A DNA stretch of 64,000 bases from Chrysomallon squamiferum. Taxonomy: Eukaryota > Animalia > Mollusca. Shown one piece after another: positions 1-19,414 of this stretch. Position numbers and translations under genes: made by a program. Location: contig CM022672.1 of assembly GCA_012295275.1 (NCBI GenBank), forward strand, positions 8,928,001-8,992,000. Reading direction: 5' to 3'. Numbering within the stretch: position 1 is the first letter of the stretch; every line of letters begins with the position of its first letter. A model generated the notes under the pieces. The model saw nothing but the letters and a program-made list of their open reading frames with translations, was not told where the DNA came from and searched no databases.

Positions 1-4440
<4,440 letters not shown>

Positions 4441-4550
4441 CTAACTTACCCTGTAACAACTGGAATCACAGCATCATCTTACTGTTATTATTATTATAAA
4501 TAAAACTAAACTAAATTAAATTAAAATAATAATAATGAATACATCAGTGC

Positions 4551-4588
<38 letters not shown>

Positions 4589-4799
4589 TTATTTATTTGT
4601 TTACAATCTTCATTGTGAACATTTTTCCATTTATTTACACAACTATGTACAAGTGAAACCTATCAGGATATATATTTACATCTATAATTACCTCTACATG
4701 AATGCCACCAAACACTTTAATATTTCTGGACAAAACTTGGCAGCAGCTGACTAAAACAAATTAATAACGACTGCCTTCAGTGATAGAGTATGCAGTTCG

Positions 4800-6960
4800 T
4801 CAGTATATCTACATCGGGTATATCTACATTACATTAACCTGCGTCCTGGGTAATTCGTAGGTGGGCTGAACAACTCCCTTTCGGCCCCGAAGATGGAATT
4901 GATTCCTCTGGCACACTCGTGGACATCGTTAATAATAACCTGTACCCCTGGGCCAGGTGAACCTTTGCTCTTCAGCAGTCTCCCGGAGTAAGTCTGTACA
5001 CACTTCCTTCCATCTACTTACTTCATGGAAACAGCTTGCCTCCACCCAAAAACAACACTTTCGCTGAACTCCGTATTCCTTCCAGGTACACTTCATTTCC
5101 TTTGTGTGACAAGTGCGCCCCATCAGTCCTGAACAACTCGAGATCTCAAACTCGCACTGCAGGGTGCCCAACGACTGCTCTTCCCTCTGCAAGGACCAGT
5201 GATTTTACCCTTGTTTACCTGCTTTGGGTGTTTGGCCCAATGCTCCTAGAGGCGAGGCTGCATGTTCGACTATCTGATCCTCAGCTGTAAAATGAAAGCA
5301 TAAAATAGAGCTGGTGTTTCAAGCTGCAACCATTGCATTCCCCTGTTACCATACATTTTACCTTGATACGTGCCTGCTGCAAACCCAGGTTACTTCCACA
5401 TGGCATTGCCTGTGCCTGGATTCCTGCCCAGTGGACAATGGAAGATTCAGTTATCCACACTTTTTGCTTCCCTACAATAAGCAATTTACTATTTAAATGT
5501 CACATAAATAAATTAGATTTCTTGTGGCAGCCGAATATATTTACTGTAAGCCCTCGATCGCCATGTGCCCCATTGTTTAATTGTATCTCGTAGATGCAGC
5601 TTCTGTGGCTGCTCCTATTCGAAAGCTATGTGATTTATAACACTGACGTTTTACATTTATAAGCTGCAATATGCTTCAGACTTAAAGAAAACGCAAAATA
5701 TAGTTACCAACATAGTTGCCTAAAAATGTCCCACCCATTCCCTTAATGTGTCTTGTCCTCTCCTATCAAGAAAAAACAAACAAAAAAACCCAAAGTGAAC
5801 AACAACAAAACAACATTCTCGCCTTAAGTAATAATTGTGCGGACTTCTGTGAATTGTATAAAATGTTAATTGCTATGTCATTTTATTAATTGGATTACTG
5901 CTAACTAACGGTACATATTTAGAAATATTTGCAGAAAAGAATGGGTAACATATTTACTTAGTTTAACGATATGTACAGGTTAATTATAAGATGTTAGAGA
6001 CAACAAAAAGAAAGAAAAAAAAACAACAACAAAAAAATCAAACAAGGTTTACCGTCATAATGACTTACCATTATAACGAGTCAGAAGCTGGGTTGAACCA
6101 GTCTTACATCGTGATTGCAAATACTCACACAAACTTCGCATAGGGCAGATGCTTTCACTTGCAAAACTAGTACCATTTTAAACCCTAGTAAACAGAAACC
6201 TCAGGCTTTTAAATGGGCCTGCCACCCTCCCTAACTAGATCTCTTTAGAACTGTTTTTCGGAGTATCTCTGGAGCTGGTTTTACACTTTTTAAATTGTTT
6301 GCATCTGGTGCTACTCTCGGTCCCTGGTATTGTAGTCTAAAGCCCTCAGTAAAACCTTCGATTCCTGTGCTGCTAGTTTCTTGGGGTAGTTTTTTTTGTT
6401 TTGTTTTTTTAGCCAGAATACTGGTATGCATTGGAGAATGTCACATATTTAAGTTTGTTTCGTCCCAGTGACTCACACTGCAGAGAGGAATGTCGCTTTT
6501 CACATTTTCACAAATGCATGCACAAATTTTCATTTTGCAAATGTACATTTTCCCCTATTAAAACCCCAACATGTCCTCCTAACCCCAGAATTTTCTGGGC
6601 GTTTAGCCTTTTTTATTCTAAATTGTTTATCATACAATGCCCATGAACTGCTTCTGTCAGCTGACAGCCTGTTATCCCTCCATAACAAGTTATTTACGCC
6701 ACCCTGACTAGCTTCCATTTCATGGCTGGATTTACATAATATCGACGGCTCGACATATTTCTTGTACATTAACCCGAACTCTGTCAAACGTATTCACCAT
6801 TTATAATAGTGGAACAGGCAAAACATGAACAAAGCCAATTTCAGAATTCTTAGTATCTAACTCACAACTCTTCACTAGTTTTCCTGCTGGGCGCCCAACT
6901 CAAAGTCAATGGGAGTGGCAAGCCGATCAGTCCTGTCCACCATCGCCCTCCCTGCAACCG
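4800..6960 (-). mobile_element. Degenerate, internally deleted Ngaro/DIRS-type tyrosine-recombinase retrotransposon
   Basis: Minus-strand fragments in the expected order: gag-like WALYDKQFR and CWGFNRGKCTF zinc finger (~6500-6660); RT start GFTEGFRLQYQGPR..NLKS..GRVAGPF (~6210-6360); YR pieces ICPMRSLCEYL (~6110-6150), YKSHSFRIGAATEAA (5596-5639), TWRSRAYSKYIRL (~5530-5570); SGNH hydrolase VWITESSIVHWA (~5430-5460) and LFRTDGAHLSHKGNEVYL (~5080-5135). Stops and frameshifts present; ends approximate. Confidence 0.85.
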
Positions 6961-7288
6961 TTTGCCACTAACCATACAACTAGCTACATTTTCCTAGCGT
7001 TAAATGAGATTATTAGGTATTAGAAATAATCCATAACACACAGACACACACACACACCCTTAACATTCAGCTGTTCTTTCTATTCCCCTCTTTTCCTTAT
7101 TTTTAATAATATAAAAAATAATTTTTATATATCTGTTATAGAAGTGAGTAGTAGAATGACATCTAAATACCTAGCACAGTTAAAGCTAATGGCTTAACTG
7201 AGGCTCGTCATATTCAAATAAAAATTATGTTTCATTAATTCTCTTACATTATGTAGCTTATTTTACACAACACAGAACTGTATTTCAG

Positions 7289-9840
7289 CTGAATCTTATA
7301 TATCCAAGTAATTTCTGAATTGAATATCTCATCACTCAGATGAAATGGTGTTTGGAAGAGTTGAAGATAATGGGATGTTGCCAAGATTGGCAGATTCTGA
7401 TCTAGAAGCAAAAAGGTAAGAATTATTTTGTGTATGCATGCCATGTGTTCAAGTACGTTCTGTCATGTAAATTTATAATGTGTAGAGAAGACCACAAAGG
7501 AGAATAGTTTTGTACTATGTAATATATTACTATAAAGAATGTGGTTTATTATTATTGTTATTGTTATTATTGTTTGAATTCAACATCATTTTTGTTGTTA
7601 TTGATATTACATTATTATTTGTAAATGACATCTTATTGTTATTATTTATAACTGACATTATTATCGTTATTTTTGTTGTTATTATTATTATCATTAGTGT
7701 TTCTGATTTAAAAAAAAAAACTAAACAGATTATTTGTGTTATGAATATATTTTATTCATTGTTATCTTTTTTAAATTATTTTTTTCTTTTTTATTTCTAA
7801 GTAAAAACAATGTCTGCTTTATAAATTATTTAAAGAATTTTTTGTTTTTGTTTTTTACACTTCTATATTTGCTAGAAGTAAAATAACTGATTGTATCTAG
7901 TTATTTTGTAATTCTTTGCATAAATTTCTATTGTAATTATTTCCATGTACATTATATATTTATATATCCAAAAGGGGGTAGAGATAGGTGCAAACATGCT
8001 CAATATGAGATACATTAACCTTCAAACTGCTAATGTTTTTTTAATAATTTCTAGAGGTGAAGCATTATTTGTTTGAATATTTATAAAATATTTTAGACAA
8101 GGGCTTCATTAACAGTTTTAGGAGAGAAGATTGTAGAAGTAAAATATTCTGAAATTGGCAAATAACAATCAATGGAAGTTTTAGTCAGAAAAGTCCCTAA
8201 TGACCAGGAGGTAAATAAAAACATCTCATTGAAAAATAAAAATCTTGAATTTTATTTTCAGTTTTAATAGTTTTATCTGAATTTAACAACACTTAAAACA
8301 TTTTATTGAAATAAAAAGCAGATGTTTTTTATTTTTATATTATTATTATTATTTTTTTAAATTCAGGGTTTAAGATAAAATTTAAAAAATGTAATGTTTT
8401 TTGTTTGCATCATATAGTGTATGTGGAGTATATGCAATTTGAAGGTTGTGCAAACAATTTATAAAAAAGGGGAAAAGCCAAAATTGATTTTAACAACATA
8501 ATAAAACAAACATAATTAATGTTTAGAAAATATGTTTGACTTACTAACAGCTGTTAGTGTTTAAAAAGAATTTTGGTGTGTGCTATTTAGATGAAATACA
8601 CAATTGCAAATATAGCATGTACTTAATATCAAATCATTTACTGATACTATTATTACTGCTATTAATATTTAAAGAAGTGGAAATATGTGTTTCAGATGTT
8701 ATTAGTAATGATAGATATATCCTTTTATTTATAAATAGTTCAGTGAACTATAGCGTGTACACATCATGAAATATCCCAGAAAGTAACGTTTCAAAATTAA
8801 TATCATTGTTTAGGAACGATTTGCTCTAATTTATATGTATGGATGTTGTGTAAGGGTTAACTTAGCAATCAAGTTTATAATAGAATAAAAACTGCTTCTT
8901 TGAAAAACCCTCAACATCAAACAAACAAAGAAGAAGGGCATGTAATAAGATGCCGCAGATTCACAGTGATGTCCCTTGAAAAAAGGCCGTCCTGTGTACT
9001 AAAGAGAAAATATTTTATTTAGAAAATAGGATTTGTTTTATTTACTTGCCTTGATTTGTTAAAACGTAAGAATAAATAGCAAATGACTGATTTTGACACT
9101 AAAAATCTGCTTTAATTATTAAACTTTAATGGGGTTTCTTTTCTTTCAGTTTCAACATTTTGATTTCAGATTCTCAAACTTTATATTTCTTTCAGCTTGT
9201 TTTTCTCAACAGAATTTTAGTTTTTTTTTAAATGGATATGCTGTATAAATTTATTAGGAATTATCAAAAAAATAATTATATTACAAGTGACTTTTTCGAT
9301 CATTGCTAATAGTAAATTAAAATAATGTATCAAGACCACTAAGTTTAACTAAATTATTTCTTTTTTTCGATTTATTCACTACATAAGAAAGAAAAGAAAA
9401 TGGCAACCACCACAAATCATTATGAACATGTTACACCTTATTATTAATAGAAAAGTAAGAAAAAGGAAAGAAAGAAGAAGAAACCAATAAAGTCCATCAT
9501 CTCTTGGTAGTGGACTATACATATTTAGGCTCTTTTAATAACCATCATATTTTAATAACCATATAGAAATGTATCAAATTCATATAAATACAAGTCATAC
9601 TTGATTGTATATGAATTGCATTTAGGTTATACAGATTTTAGTTCTGCTTTCAATTCATGGATATGTGACTGGCAGTGTTAGGCAATGTGGATGCTGGGAA
9701 GAGCACTCTGTTAGGGGTACTCACTCACAGAGAACTTGATAACGGGCAAGATTGAATCTTTTTTGACATTTGTATGAAATTCAGTCAGACCGCACTTCAG
9801 GTATTAGCCATGAGATCATTGGCTTTAATGCAGAAGGAGA
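7289..9840 (+). pseudogene. GTPBP2: Unprocessed (intron-retaining) GTP-binding protein 2 pseudogene fragment, three exons
   Basis: 7289-7415 LNLIYPSNF*IEYLITQMKWCLEE/VEDNGML; 8097-8210 SLTVLGEKIV...MEVLVRKVPNDQE followed by gtaaat; ~9654-9840 [60 protein letters not shown] (P-loop). Matches the recalled GTPBP2 N-terminal/G1 region. In-frame stops and deletions. Confidence 0.88.
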
Positions 9841-10749
9841 GTATTGTTTATTAGTCAGAATGCTTTTTATGATTATGATCTGATATAGTCAGAATGATTT
9901 TTTATGGTTACAATCTGATCTGTGTAATACATCTAAATTTCTTCTTTGATACAAATAATACTGGTTTTTAACATGTTACAAATTGTTCTTGTTCAGTATA
10001 TGTGGAAAATGTCAAGTCATTTCTGTAAACAGTAGACTGTTAGGATATAAATTACTCCTGATATTATAAAATAATCACTTGTGATATCAACTTTTAGTTA
10101 GGAACTGTTTGGTAGCACAACTAGAGGGGGAATGAGTTGTGACCGTGCTCCCCCTAGCACACTATTTCAAGTTTTATTTTTGAACTGTTTTGTTTAGTTG
10201 AATCTCATTATTAATTTTTAACAAACAGTGGTGTTGGAACTGTCTGTCCAGTCACCTTTGATGCATTTGTGACAAAACATGTTTTTATTAATTTCTGAAA
10301 TTTATGATCCTACTGTAAACATTTTTAAAATTGATTTTGATTTTAAATAAAAAATACACATTAAAGAATATAAAATTTCAGGAGCTGACTCCCCACTACT
10401 GTAGAATCTGGCTGTACTCCTAGAGCTGTCAGCTAGATGCTATAAGGCAGCAGATCCTGAACATTTTGGTGGCAATGCTCTACACTAACATCTCAAAAAT
10501 TTTGATCACCTTTTTTGTCTTAATAAGGAATCAATGTAAAAATATTTAGAACATATACTAGACCAGTATAATCATATTTATTAACATATTTCATAAAACA
10601 AATCAAAGTTTATTTAAATAATTTATTCATTTTATGTCGCATGATTTTTTGAATCATTGACAGTTAATGATTTAAGAAAAATGTGTTTTTAATACATCAT
10701 ATTCAGATTGCCTATACGTGCTAGTTAAAACTAGTATAAGGTATTTCAA

Positions 10750-11125
10750 AATAATATGGAATAATCACTTATAATATAAACTGTTACATATATCATATCA
10801 ACTGTATTCTGTTGCCTGAGTAATATAGAATAATCACTTCTGATAAACTATTACCGTTGAGGTAATAACTATTACCAAAATAATACAGAACAACCACTTG
10901 TAATAAACTTTTAGCTACATTATTAACTATTACCAAAATAATACAAAACAATCACTTGTAATAAACTGTTATCTATGTTATTAACTATTACCAAAATAAT
11001 ACAGAACAATCACTTGTAATAAACTGTTATCTACATTATTAACTATTATAGAAATAATACAGAACAATCACTTGTAATAAACTGTTATCTACACTTTATC
11101 AACTATTAGGAAAATAATACAGAAC
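10750..11125. repeat. Minisatellite, ~58-bp unit, about 6 degenerate copies
   Basis: Recurring aataatacagaacaatcacttgtaataaactgttatcta..ttattaactatta (e.g. 10959 and 11017). Confidence 0.85.
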
Positions 11126-11394
11126 GATGATGCCATCTTGTCTGTGCTAAAATCATTAGCGAATATGTTTTTTGAGTCCAGAACACTGAGAAACAGAGTC
11201 AGTCACTTTTAACAACCACACTAACGTCCCTGGGTGACACCATCTTGTCTGTACTAGTTTCAGTTCCAGAATAATTTTAACACAATTTTTTTTTTTTATA
11301 TAGAAAAAAATAAAAAATAATAAAAAATAATAAATAAAAAGAACAGATTGTTTTAACAATTTGAAACTGTACAAACATTTCCCATTTGGGGAAT

Positions 11395-11602
11395 CCCATG
11401 ATAAATATAGAACAAAGGAACAAGAAATATATGCTATATTCTGTAACATACATATGAAAAAACTATTTTCCTAAAAAGTAAAAGAAAAAATAAAGAAATT
11501 TAAAATTTAAAAAAACAATCCCACGATAAATATACAACAAAGGAACAAGAAATTTATGCTATATTCTGTAACATACATATGAAAAAACTATTTTCCTAAA
11601 AA
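11395..11602. repeat. Short direct duplication (~83 bp core, ~126 bp period)
   Basis: ccca.gataaatata.aacaaaggaacaagaaat.tatgctatattctgtaacatacatatgaaaaaactattttcctaaaaa occurs at ~11395 and ~11521. Confidence 0.85.
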
Positions 11603-13721
11603 ATAAAGAAATAAAAATTTAGCAAAATATATTTGTTTGTAATATTAATCATTTTCAATTATGGATTTGTTATTAAATACGTTTGAAATAGTTACTCAAT
11701 CTTTGAAGTTAATGTGAAATGATTGATTTTATTACAATAATTAAAATGTAGATATCTTTTTTTTTTTTTGTCTTTTTCTTTGTCTGATGAACGTGTTCAA
11801 TAATTTTCAACTTACTGGCAGCATATATTATCTTTTAATTAATTAATTTTATTATTTAATGTGAATTTACTGAAACACACTTTTGCAAGTTGTTTAGTGT
11901 ATTACTTTTTTTATATTTAAAATGAATTGATTTCATTTTATAACCACTATACTGATAGCATCATCCTGACCACCTTCTATCCAGAAAATTTAAAGAGGAT
12001 TGTTCATATACAGGGAAAATTTTAAGAATAATTTTTTAAAAACAGATTTCAATTTTTCTATTATTATTGTCGGCAAGTAATTTAGTCCTAAATACATATA
12101 CTCAGTCTTTTTATGATTTTTGTACCAGTTCATTAACGCAGCTGTCGAGAACGCAGACATTTATTTGTTTCTGAAAGACCGCCAGACCGATAGCCTTCGA
12201 GGTTTTGTAAATCTGTGTACCATATTACTACTAACTTATGAAAATCTCTTCTACATGTACATTAATCATTTGCTCATTCTGTCCCTCATATTTGTTATAT
12301 ACGAGTGCAAGCTGGTTATGAAGATGGGCACGAGAGAGTGAATGAATGTTTCTCTTTGATGAACTTTGTTTTGTGTTTTTTGACTGTTGTTAGTTGTGTG
12401 TAGAATAAAGAGTGTTAGGATAAGAAGTACTAAAATGGATAACTGTTTCCATGAAAAGAATTGATGGAATGTTTACTGTGCAGAAAATACATAAATTTCA
12501 TTTTAAAAAGAAATAATAAACAACAACATCAGCAAGAACAACAATAATATATGACAAGTACAATAAATAATGTTTCTTGTAAAATAAGAGAATTTCCTGA
12601 AATGGAGCTATTTTCAGAACATAATATTTTTTATTATTTGGTCTGACATTATTTTAATATGTGGTTTCGCTTGAAAAATATTAATAATTTCTTCACATAA
12701 ATTCAATATGTTATCCATTTTATTAGATATTGTTTTCACCAATTTCTTTCCTATTAGTGAAATTGATTGATACTAAGATTGAGTCTATAGTAAAAAAAAA
12801 CATAAAAAAAAATAAATAAAATAAAATAAAATAACCACAATAATTGATGTAAACCACATAAAAAATAATATTTTTTTTTTTATAATAAGATTATTATGTT
12901 AAACAGTTTCATTTTATAAATATAACAAAAAAGATTTTAAAACCAGATTAAAATAAATACTAGTACTACTACTTCTAATATTACTACTACTGCTTCTAAT
13001 TATTATAATAATAATAGTATATAAATAAATAAAAAGTAAAAAAATGTCAATATATGACTGCTTTATGAAAACAATATGTTATAAAATTTAATATATCATG
13101 CATGATAAGTAAAAATATGTGTAATGTTGTATGTTATTTAATGTCATACTTAAGTAATGTAACATGTGATGTGTATTGAGCAGGGTGAATGTGTAGTATG
13201 ATTCCAGTAAGAAAATAATTATGTTTTATATATAAAGTCATCTAAGGGATCTTAGAACTTGTAATTGCAAAAAAAACATTTCATAGCTTTGTAGACCATT
13301 TTAGTCTATTTTCAAAATTCAGTTAATTAATTTATTCTTTAATATTATTATACATATTAATTTATCACCTTTATTATTACCACTGATTTATAATTTATTA
13401 GCATTTATCATTCTCATCATCATGAATTATTATTCTTATTATTCTTATTATTATTATTATTATTATACAAAAAGAATAATATGTTTTAGTTATAACTCAG
13501 TTATAATTTTTATAGGTTATTTTTATTTATTTAATCATTTCATTTTATCTTCATTGTAATTCCAAGAACAACAGAAAAATATTTATATATATTTTCCATT
13601 GAATTCCAAATTTATTTAACATATTTATGTTTTTAAAAGCATTTTAAAATCTAGTGCTGTGTTTTGTGACCATTTGATGAAAATATGTCTAACAAAGTAA
13701 TTTTGATGAATATACTTTTTC

Positions 13722-13767
<46 letters not shown>

Positions 13768-14217
13768 GACAGACTGACTGAATGAAATAGAGTCATTAAC
13801 AAGACACATCATAACATTTTTAAGTAATTCAAGATTTCATTACTAATTGTATGAATATTGACACATATGATCGGGATACTGCAATAACATTTCAAATGAT
13901 AAAACTATCACATGATTGATAAAGCTAGCCTCATTAATAGTTACTGTACAAATTAACTTACAAATAGAAATTTTACTTTTTTCTTGTTTTTCCTCTCATT
14001 ATGTGCAAGTGTAGTAACAAAATTGTGAATACAATTAATATGTTAGTCTTACTTACCACTAACTCTCACTGTCTAATGGCATGATTTTCATAATTAATTA
14101 ATTAATAATTATTGTTATTAATACCATTATTACATCATTACCTATACTATTATTACTTTTACCATTATTATCATCATTGTCTATTATTACTTTTATAGTT
14201 CTGTAATTGTTTTTCTA

Positions 14218-14258
<41 letters not shown>

Positions 14259-14967
14259 TCTTAATTTCCTTTACTAAAACAATAGAATTTCATAATCTGT
14301 TGTATTAATATTATGCTGATAATTAAAATTTCTTAATATATTTTTACTCTGCTTAGAAGAATAGAATAGAAGAGAAAACCAGTATTTCTAAAATTCACAG
14401 AATTGAAAAAGAAAATAAAAAGAAAAAAGTGTAGTGTGTGTGTATATGTTTATATATTTATATATATATATATTTTTTTTTTTAACTGTATAATCACTAT
14501 GCTTATTAATACAATTTTTTTCAAACTTATATTATAATTTACTGCCGATAACATTTCATATTTAGCTATTAAAAAAAAAAAAGCAACAAGAAAAACAGCA
14601 ACAATTAGAAGTTAATTAAATAAAACCTTTCAAAACCAACATTCTATACATGTACCTACTAGCATATAGCATTACATTCCACTAACCTATTTATTTACTT
14701 AATTTTCACAAAATGGCTTGGAGATGATGGTAGGTGTCCTCATAAAATCCATAAACTTACCAATATCCAAACATATCTGTCTCCATGTTGTTTCAGTGAT
14801 TCTCTTTATGTAAAAGTTTTATAATTTAAAAATGATCTATATATCCAGTATGTTTTGTGTTATTGCTTTTATGCATAAAACCTTTATCTTGTGATTTACA
14901 TTTGAATTTTACAGTGTTAAATCTCATTTAATGAATTATTATTTCCATTATTATAATTATCATCATT

Positions 14968-15016
<49 letters not shown>

Positions 15017-17712
15017 TGTTTAATATAAATAATTCTTGTTAATGTTTTTTTTCTTCTCACTTTCTTTATTTTTTATGTCTATCATTCAGATTTAAATAAT
15101 ACAATTTATATTTGATCTATTTTTGTTTTTCATTCATTTTTAACAGAAAATTCTTTAGCTGTATCTCAATTAAAAACAATTAATTTTTATCTATTTGTTG
15201 CTAACATGCATTACAACCTTTGACCTCTTCTAGATTTTATATCAAGTTTGTTTGAGACAGACAGGTACAACCCATCTAAAACAAGTATATTTAATTTGGA
15301 GTTAATATCAAATGTGCCTGTTGTAAATTGTAAAAGAAAAAAAATCTCACTCAAGTTGTGATTTTAAATTTTCTTTTTTAATCTTATTCTTCTGATTATT
15401 ATTTTACACTTATATCTAGTCACCTTCACACCATTATTAAATCCTGAGTTGTAAATTATAAATTAAATGAAACTTTATCATTAGAAAAGCATAGCTAGAC
15501 GAATCCATGGCATAGAATGGTTTTAGAAGTGAGACTTATATTTTCTTTAACTTTTTAAATACCTTTACTGACTGCTGTGGTGGTCATAATTAAGTGTTTG
15601 TGTATTAGCAATCAAAATACACTGAGATATAAAAATAAAACCCCTGCGGTGTTGTATCAGTAGTTGGTTCAGCATGATGCTTGGGTACTGTTTCCTGTCA
15701 TCATAGTTCAAGTTTTTTTGTTGTTAGATGGGGATATACCCTTCTTGTTGGAGAAGTGACTGACCTCTTGTTAATTTCTGTCTGTGAAAACCACATAAAT
15801 CATCCTTGTTTACTTGTTATACACTCGGTTGTTTGTAACTGTAATGATAACCATGGTGCTTCTTACTTTTGTATTGTTTTAGTACAAACACCTGCCTGTG
15901 AAAACGTAAATGCTAGTCAGAAAAAATAGAAAACAAAAAAAAAACAGTGAAGTTTAGTTAACAATAATTTATAATAAAACATTCCCTGGTAGTTTTGTAT
16001 TGCTTATATATTACTGTTGCTAATATTATTATTTCTATTATTGCTTTACATGTAGTTATGTTTATTTACAAAACCACAGTGAGTTTTTATACACATTTGT
16101 TTGTCAAAACCTACCTTAATGTTATATATACTGAACAAAATCATTTAGGGATCTTGTAATATTTTTCATATTGTTTTGACTGGTAGTGCCTTCTCTTTTT
16201 ATTATCATTCTTACTGATTTATTTATATTTCACAGTTAGATTATAGAAATTTGTCCCTCAAACTCTTCCCTAGACTATCTTACTCCCAACTATACTGTCA
16301 AAAAATATTTAATGACCTTAATCTAATTGTTTATATTGTCTTGACGGGTAATGTCATTTGAAGTCTGTTGATATTGTAAAGTCATAAAATAATCTTACTT
16401 TTGATGTCCTTAATTCATATTTGATGGAAAAAAATCAACGTTTCATAAATGTTTCTTCACAAGTGAAAATATTTCATGGTCCCTAATTTTTTTGTTGAGT
16501 GTATTTCATTTGTCCATGTATGTCAGCTTTTCATGATTTTAAATTTTAAAATTTATTATTATTATTATTATTATTTTTTTTTAACTTAATGTGAGTCTAT
16601 AGATGTTTGTATTTCACATATTAACATTCCAAAACAATGCTTGTAATTAGTAAGCTTTAAAGTATTGTAATTTTATTTCTCGTTTGTTTCAAATCAGCAT
16701 AGTGTAAATTAGTATGTTTGTTTTAACCACACAAACCATTTAATTTTCGTTGATTTGGTTTTAACACATTACTTTTAATCTGTATTTTTCACTAGTCAGG
16801 TTATTATTTATTATATTCGTAGATAGCATGATGATGTGTAACAATACATGAATGTTTTTAGTCCCATTCCAAACCTGTTTGTGCATGTAGTCTGTTCTTG
16901 TGTGTGAAAGCAAAATATCGTCTTCAGGCTATTATCAGTCATTAAGGTGGTTTAAAATCAAAGAAACGTTTCAATAACCTGTAACTATTCCAGCTTTTTC
17001 TAGAAGAAAAAAATAAATTGGATTTAAAAATCTGAAAAACATAATATTTCAAAATGTTCAGCTTAATTTCATAAGCATGATTTCTTGAAAGATTAGTATT
17101 GCATAAACTAAAAAATTTACCGAGTTTATGACCAAAATAGGATTCGTTAATTCAGGAAGGACATGCAACAATTTGAATTGTAAGAAAATGGGATTTACCG
17201 CCTGATGAAAAAAAAAAAAAAAAATTGAAATATACAGAAATAAACAATAATTTTAATAATCAGTAAATAAAAGTGAGTAAAAGACTCATATTAAGAAACC
17301 AGAGCTGAAAAGTAACAACATGCAGTCTGAAATAAAACCAGGGCTGAAAATCATAACTGTTTAGATCATAATGTTAAACTGATAAATATAGAATAGTCTA
17401 GCTCAGCGATTCCAAATCATTTTACTATTACAAAACCATGAAAATATTTTTCAGATACATTCTCTACAGCAAACCTGTTGTATTATTTATTTTACTTTTG
17501 TTTTTATCTGCTGTCTACTGTTTTGTCATACATCTGTATCACTACCTGTACTAAGAACCGCTTTTTGTTTCTTTTACAAAATAAAGTATTAAAATAGATT
17601 GTTTTGTTTTATTTGTCTTTCTTTTAACTAATGCATTCATGTGCTGACTGATGTTTTGTTTGTTGATTTGCAGTTGTTTTCATAATGAAATATTTCATAT
17701 TAATTGTTTTAA

Positions 17713-19414
17713 CCAGTTGGGCCCCGAGTCACTCAGCCTGTGAGTGATGACACGGTTTGCCTCTCAGCCGGGCCACTCAACAGTTGACTGATGACAATCA
17801 CTGGTTTGTTTTCGCTGATTAATATATTTTGATTACGTTTCAGAGCTGATATTTGGGTTGATGAACTTCTGTGAAAGGACAGATGATCTTATTTTGTGAT
17901 TTCCGTGGTCACTGAGGAAGAGGGACTGCAAGTCGTAGCGAGTCACTTAGCTAGCTATAGTCGGAGTGTGAAATCATTCTAGACCCTGTGTAGCCGTGTT
18001 CTGTTGAAAATATCAGTGCTTCAGTAATCATGTTATCACAAAATAAAACCTGACAAAACATACTGAGATCATTCAAAAGGGCATTTTTCATTGTTTATTA
18101 ATCAAATCAGTTATACTGGATCTGGCTAAAATAATATAGTCAATACTAGATGTTAATCAAATAATTATACATTAGTCAACAATGTGGTGAATTTTAGAAC
18201 ATCGAAATGTCACAAAACTTGCAATGGAAATGTGTATTCCTTCGTGTTCTGTTCCTGTAGCAGATGAGGCAGTTACATCAAGTACCTACCACCTTTTGAG
18301 ATATGATGGAATCTCAGGCATTTTTATGAAATTCATCTCTCAATCCAGTACCTTCTCTGCCAAAATTCGATCTATTCAGTACAAAATACAGACGGAATTT
18401 GAGCTGCCGCTGAATTTCAGGAGGTTCTGGCTTCGGATGTAGTCAGTGCAAAATCCAATCTTTTCAGCGGAGTACGGTGATATGTTAAAGGATGGGACGT
18501 AATTTATACATCCTGTCAGGTTCATCCTCTCTGAGGTCTTGGAAGTGGAGCTGTAAATGATGTTCAGGAATTGCTCCCTTGGCGCTGTCTCTGTGACGCG
18601 ATAACTGGCTTGGTTGACAAATGCTGCCACATCTTGGTTTATAGAATGATGGTCTTAGGAGTGGACGTTCATTTCCCAGACAAAAAATATTACCAAATCA
18701 TAAGTGAAGTATTCTTGCAAGAAAATTCTTATTCATGCATTTGCCATTTATTGTCTCATGGCAGGTATAGTTCTTCAGTTGAAATTTCGAATTCCCCAAA
18801 TTACAATGAACGTCACATTCTGTCCGGCGCGTGAACCCGATGAATGCACTGAACAGTGTTTTCACTAGAATGTCCGAATCACAGCCTGAGGGTCAGATAA
18901 TTCGTCATGTGACGTTTTGTCGGTTTACGAAAATATTGCAGAATTATGAAGCTAATTTCAGCACGATAATTTAGAAAAAGAAATTCTAACATATTCTCAG
19001 AAAAAGACGAAAGATGGAAAGTGCTGTCATTAATAGGTTCGGAATTTAGATGATTCGTAATACCAGATCCAATATAATTAATCTGATTTATAAACCATGA
19101 AAAAAATGCTTTTGAACGATCTCAGTAGTGTCTAACCGTGTTTTGTCAATTTCCTTGTTTAATAACATGCGCTCTCAATATATTGAGAGGTAATGTTAAT
19201 TTCACTTTACACTTCAATACAGCTTCGATACATTGACGTTTTTTAGGACGCTCTGTCATTACGACAAATTCAATAATACAAAGCAAAATGTGCACCATAC
19301 GTATTTATGCAGACTTCTCCTTTTGACACTAAATCTGAATGAGTGAATTCGCTTAGGTATCAATACGCACTAACAGTAGTCTTTATTCATGTAGCTGCTG
19401 TGGGACTTAACAAG
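17713..19414 (-). mobile_element. Internally deleted piggyBac-like DNA transposon
   Basis: TTAA at 17709-17712 then CCAGTTGGGCCC. Subterminal inverted repeats at 18029-18125 and ~19062-19170. Minus-strand transposase remnants PREQFLNII/QLHFQDLREDEPDRMYKLRPIL and a Cys-rich C-terminal CLICYRNRTRRNTHFHCKFCD. Right end degenerate. Confidence 0.75.

Noticed and set aside
14690-16950. Scattered minus-strand exon-like patches (~14745-14790, ~15640-15900, ~16850-16940)
   Set aside because: No consistent open frame or recognisable motif could be assembled.
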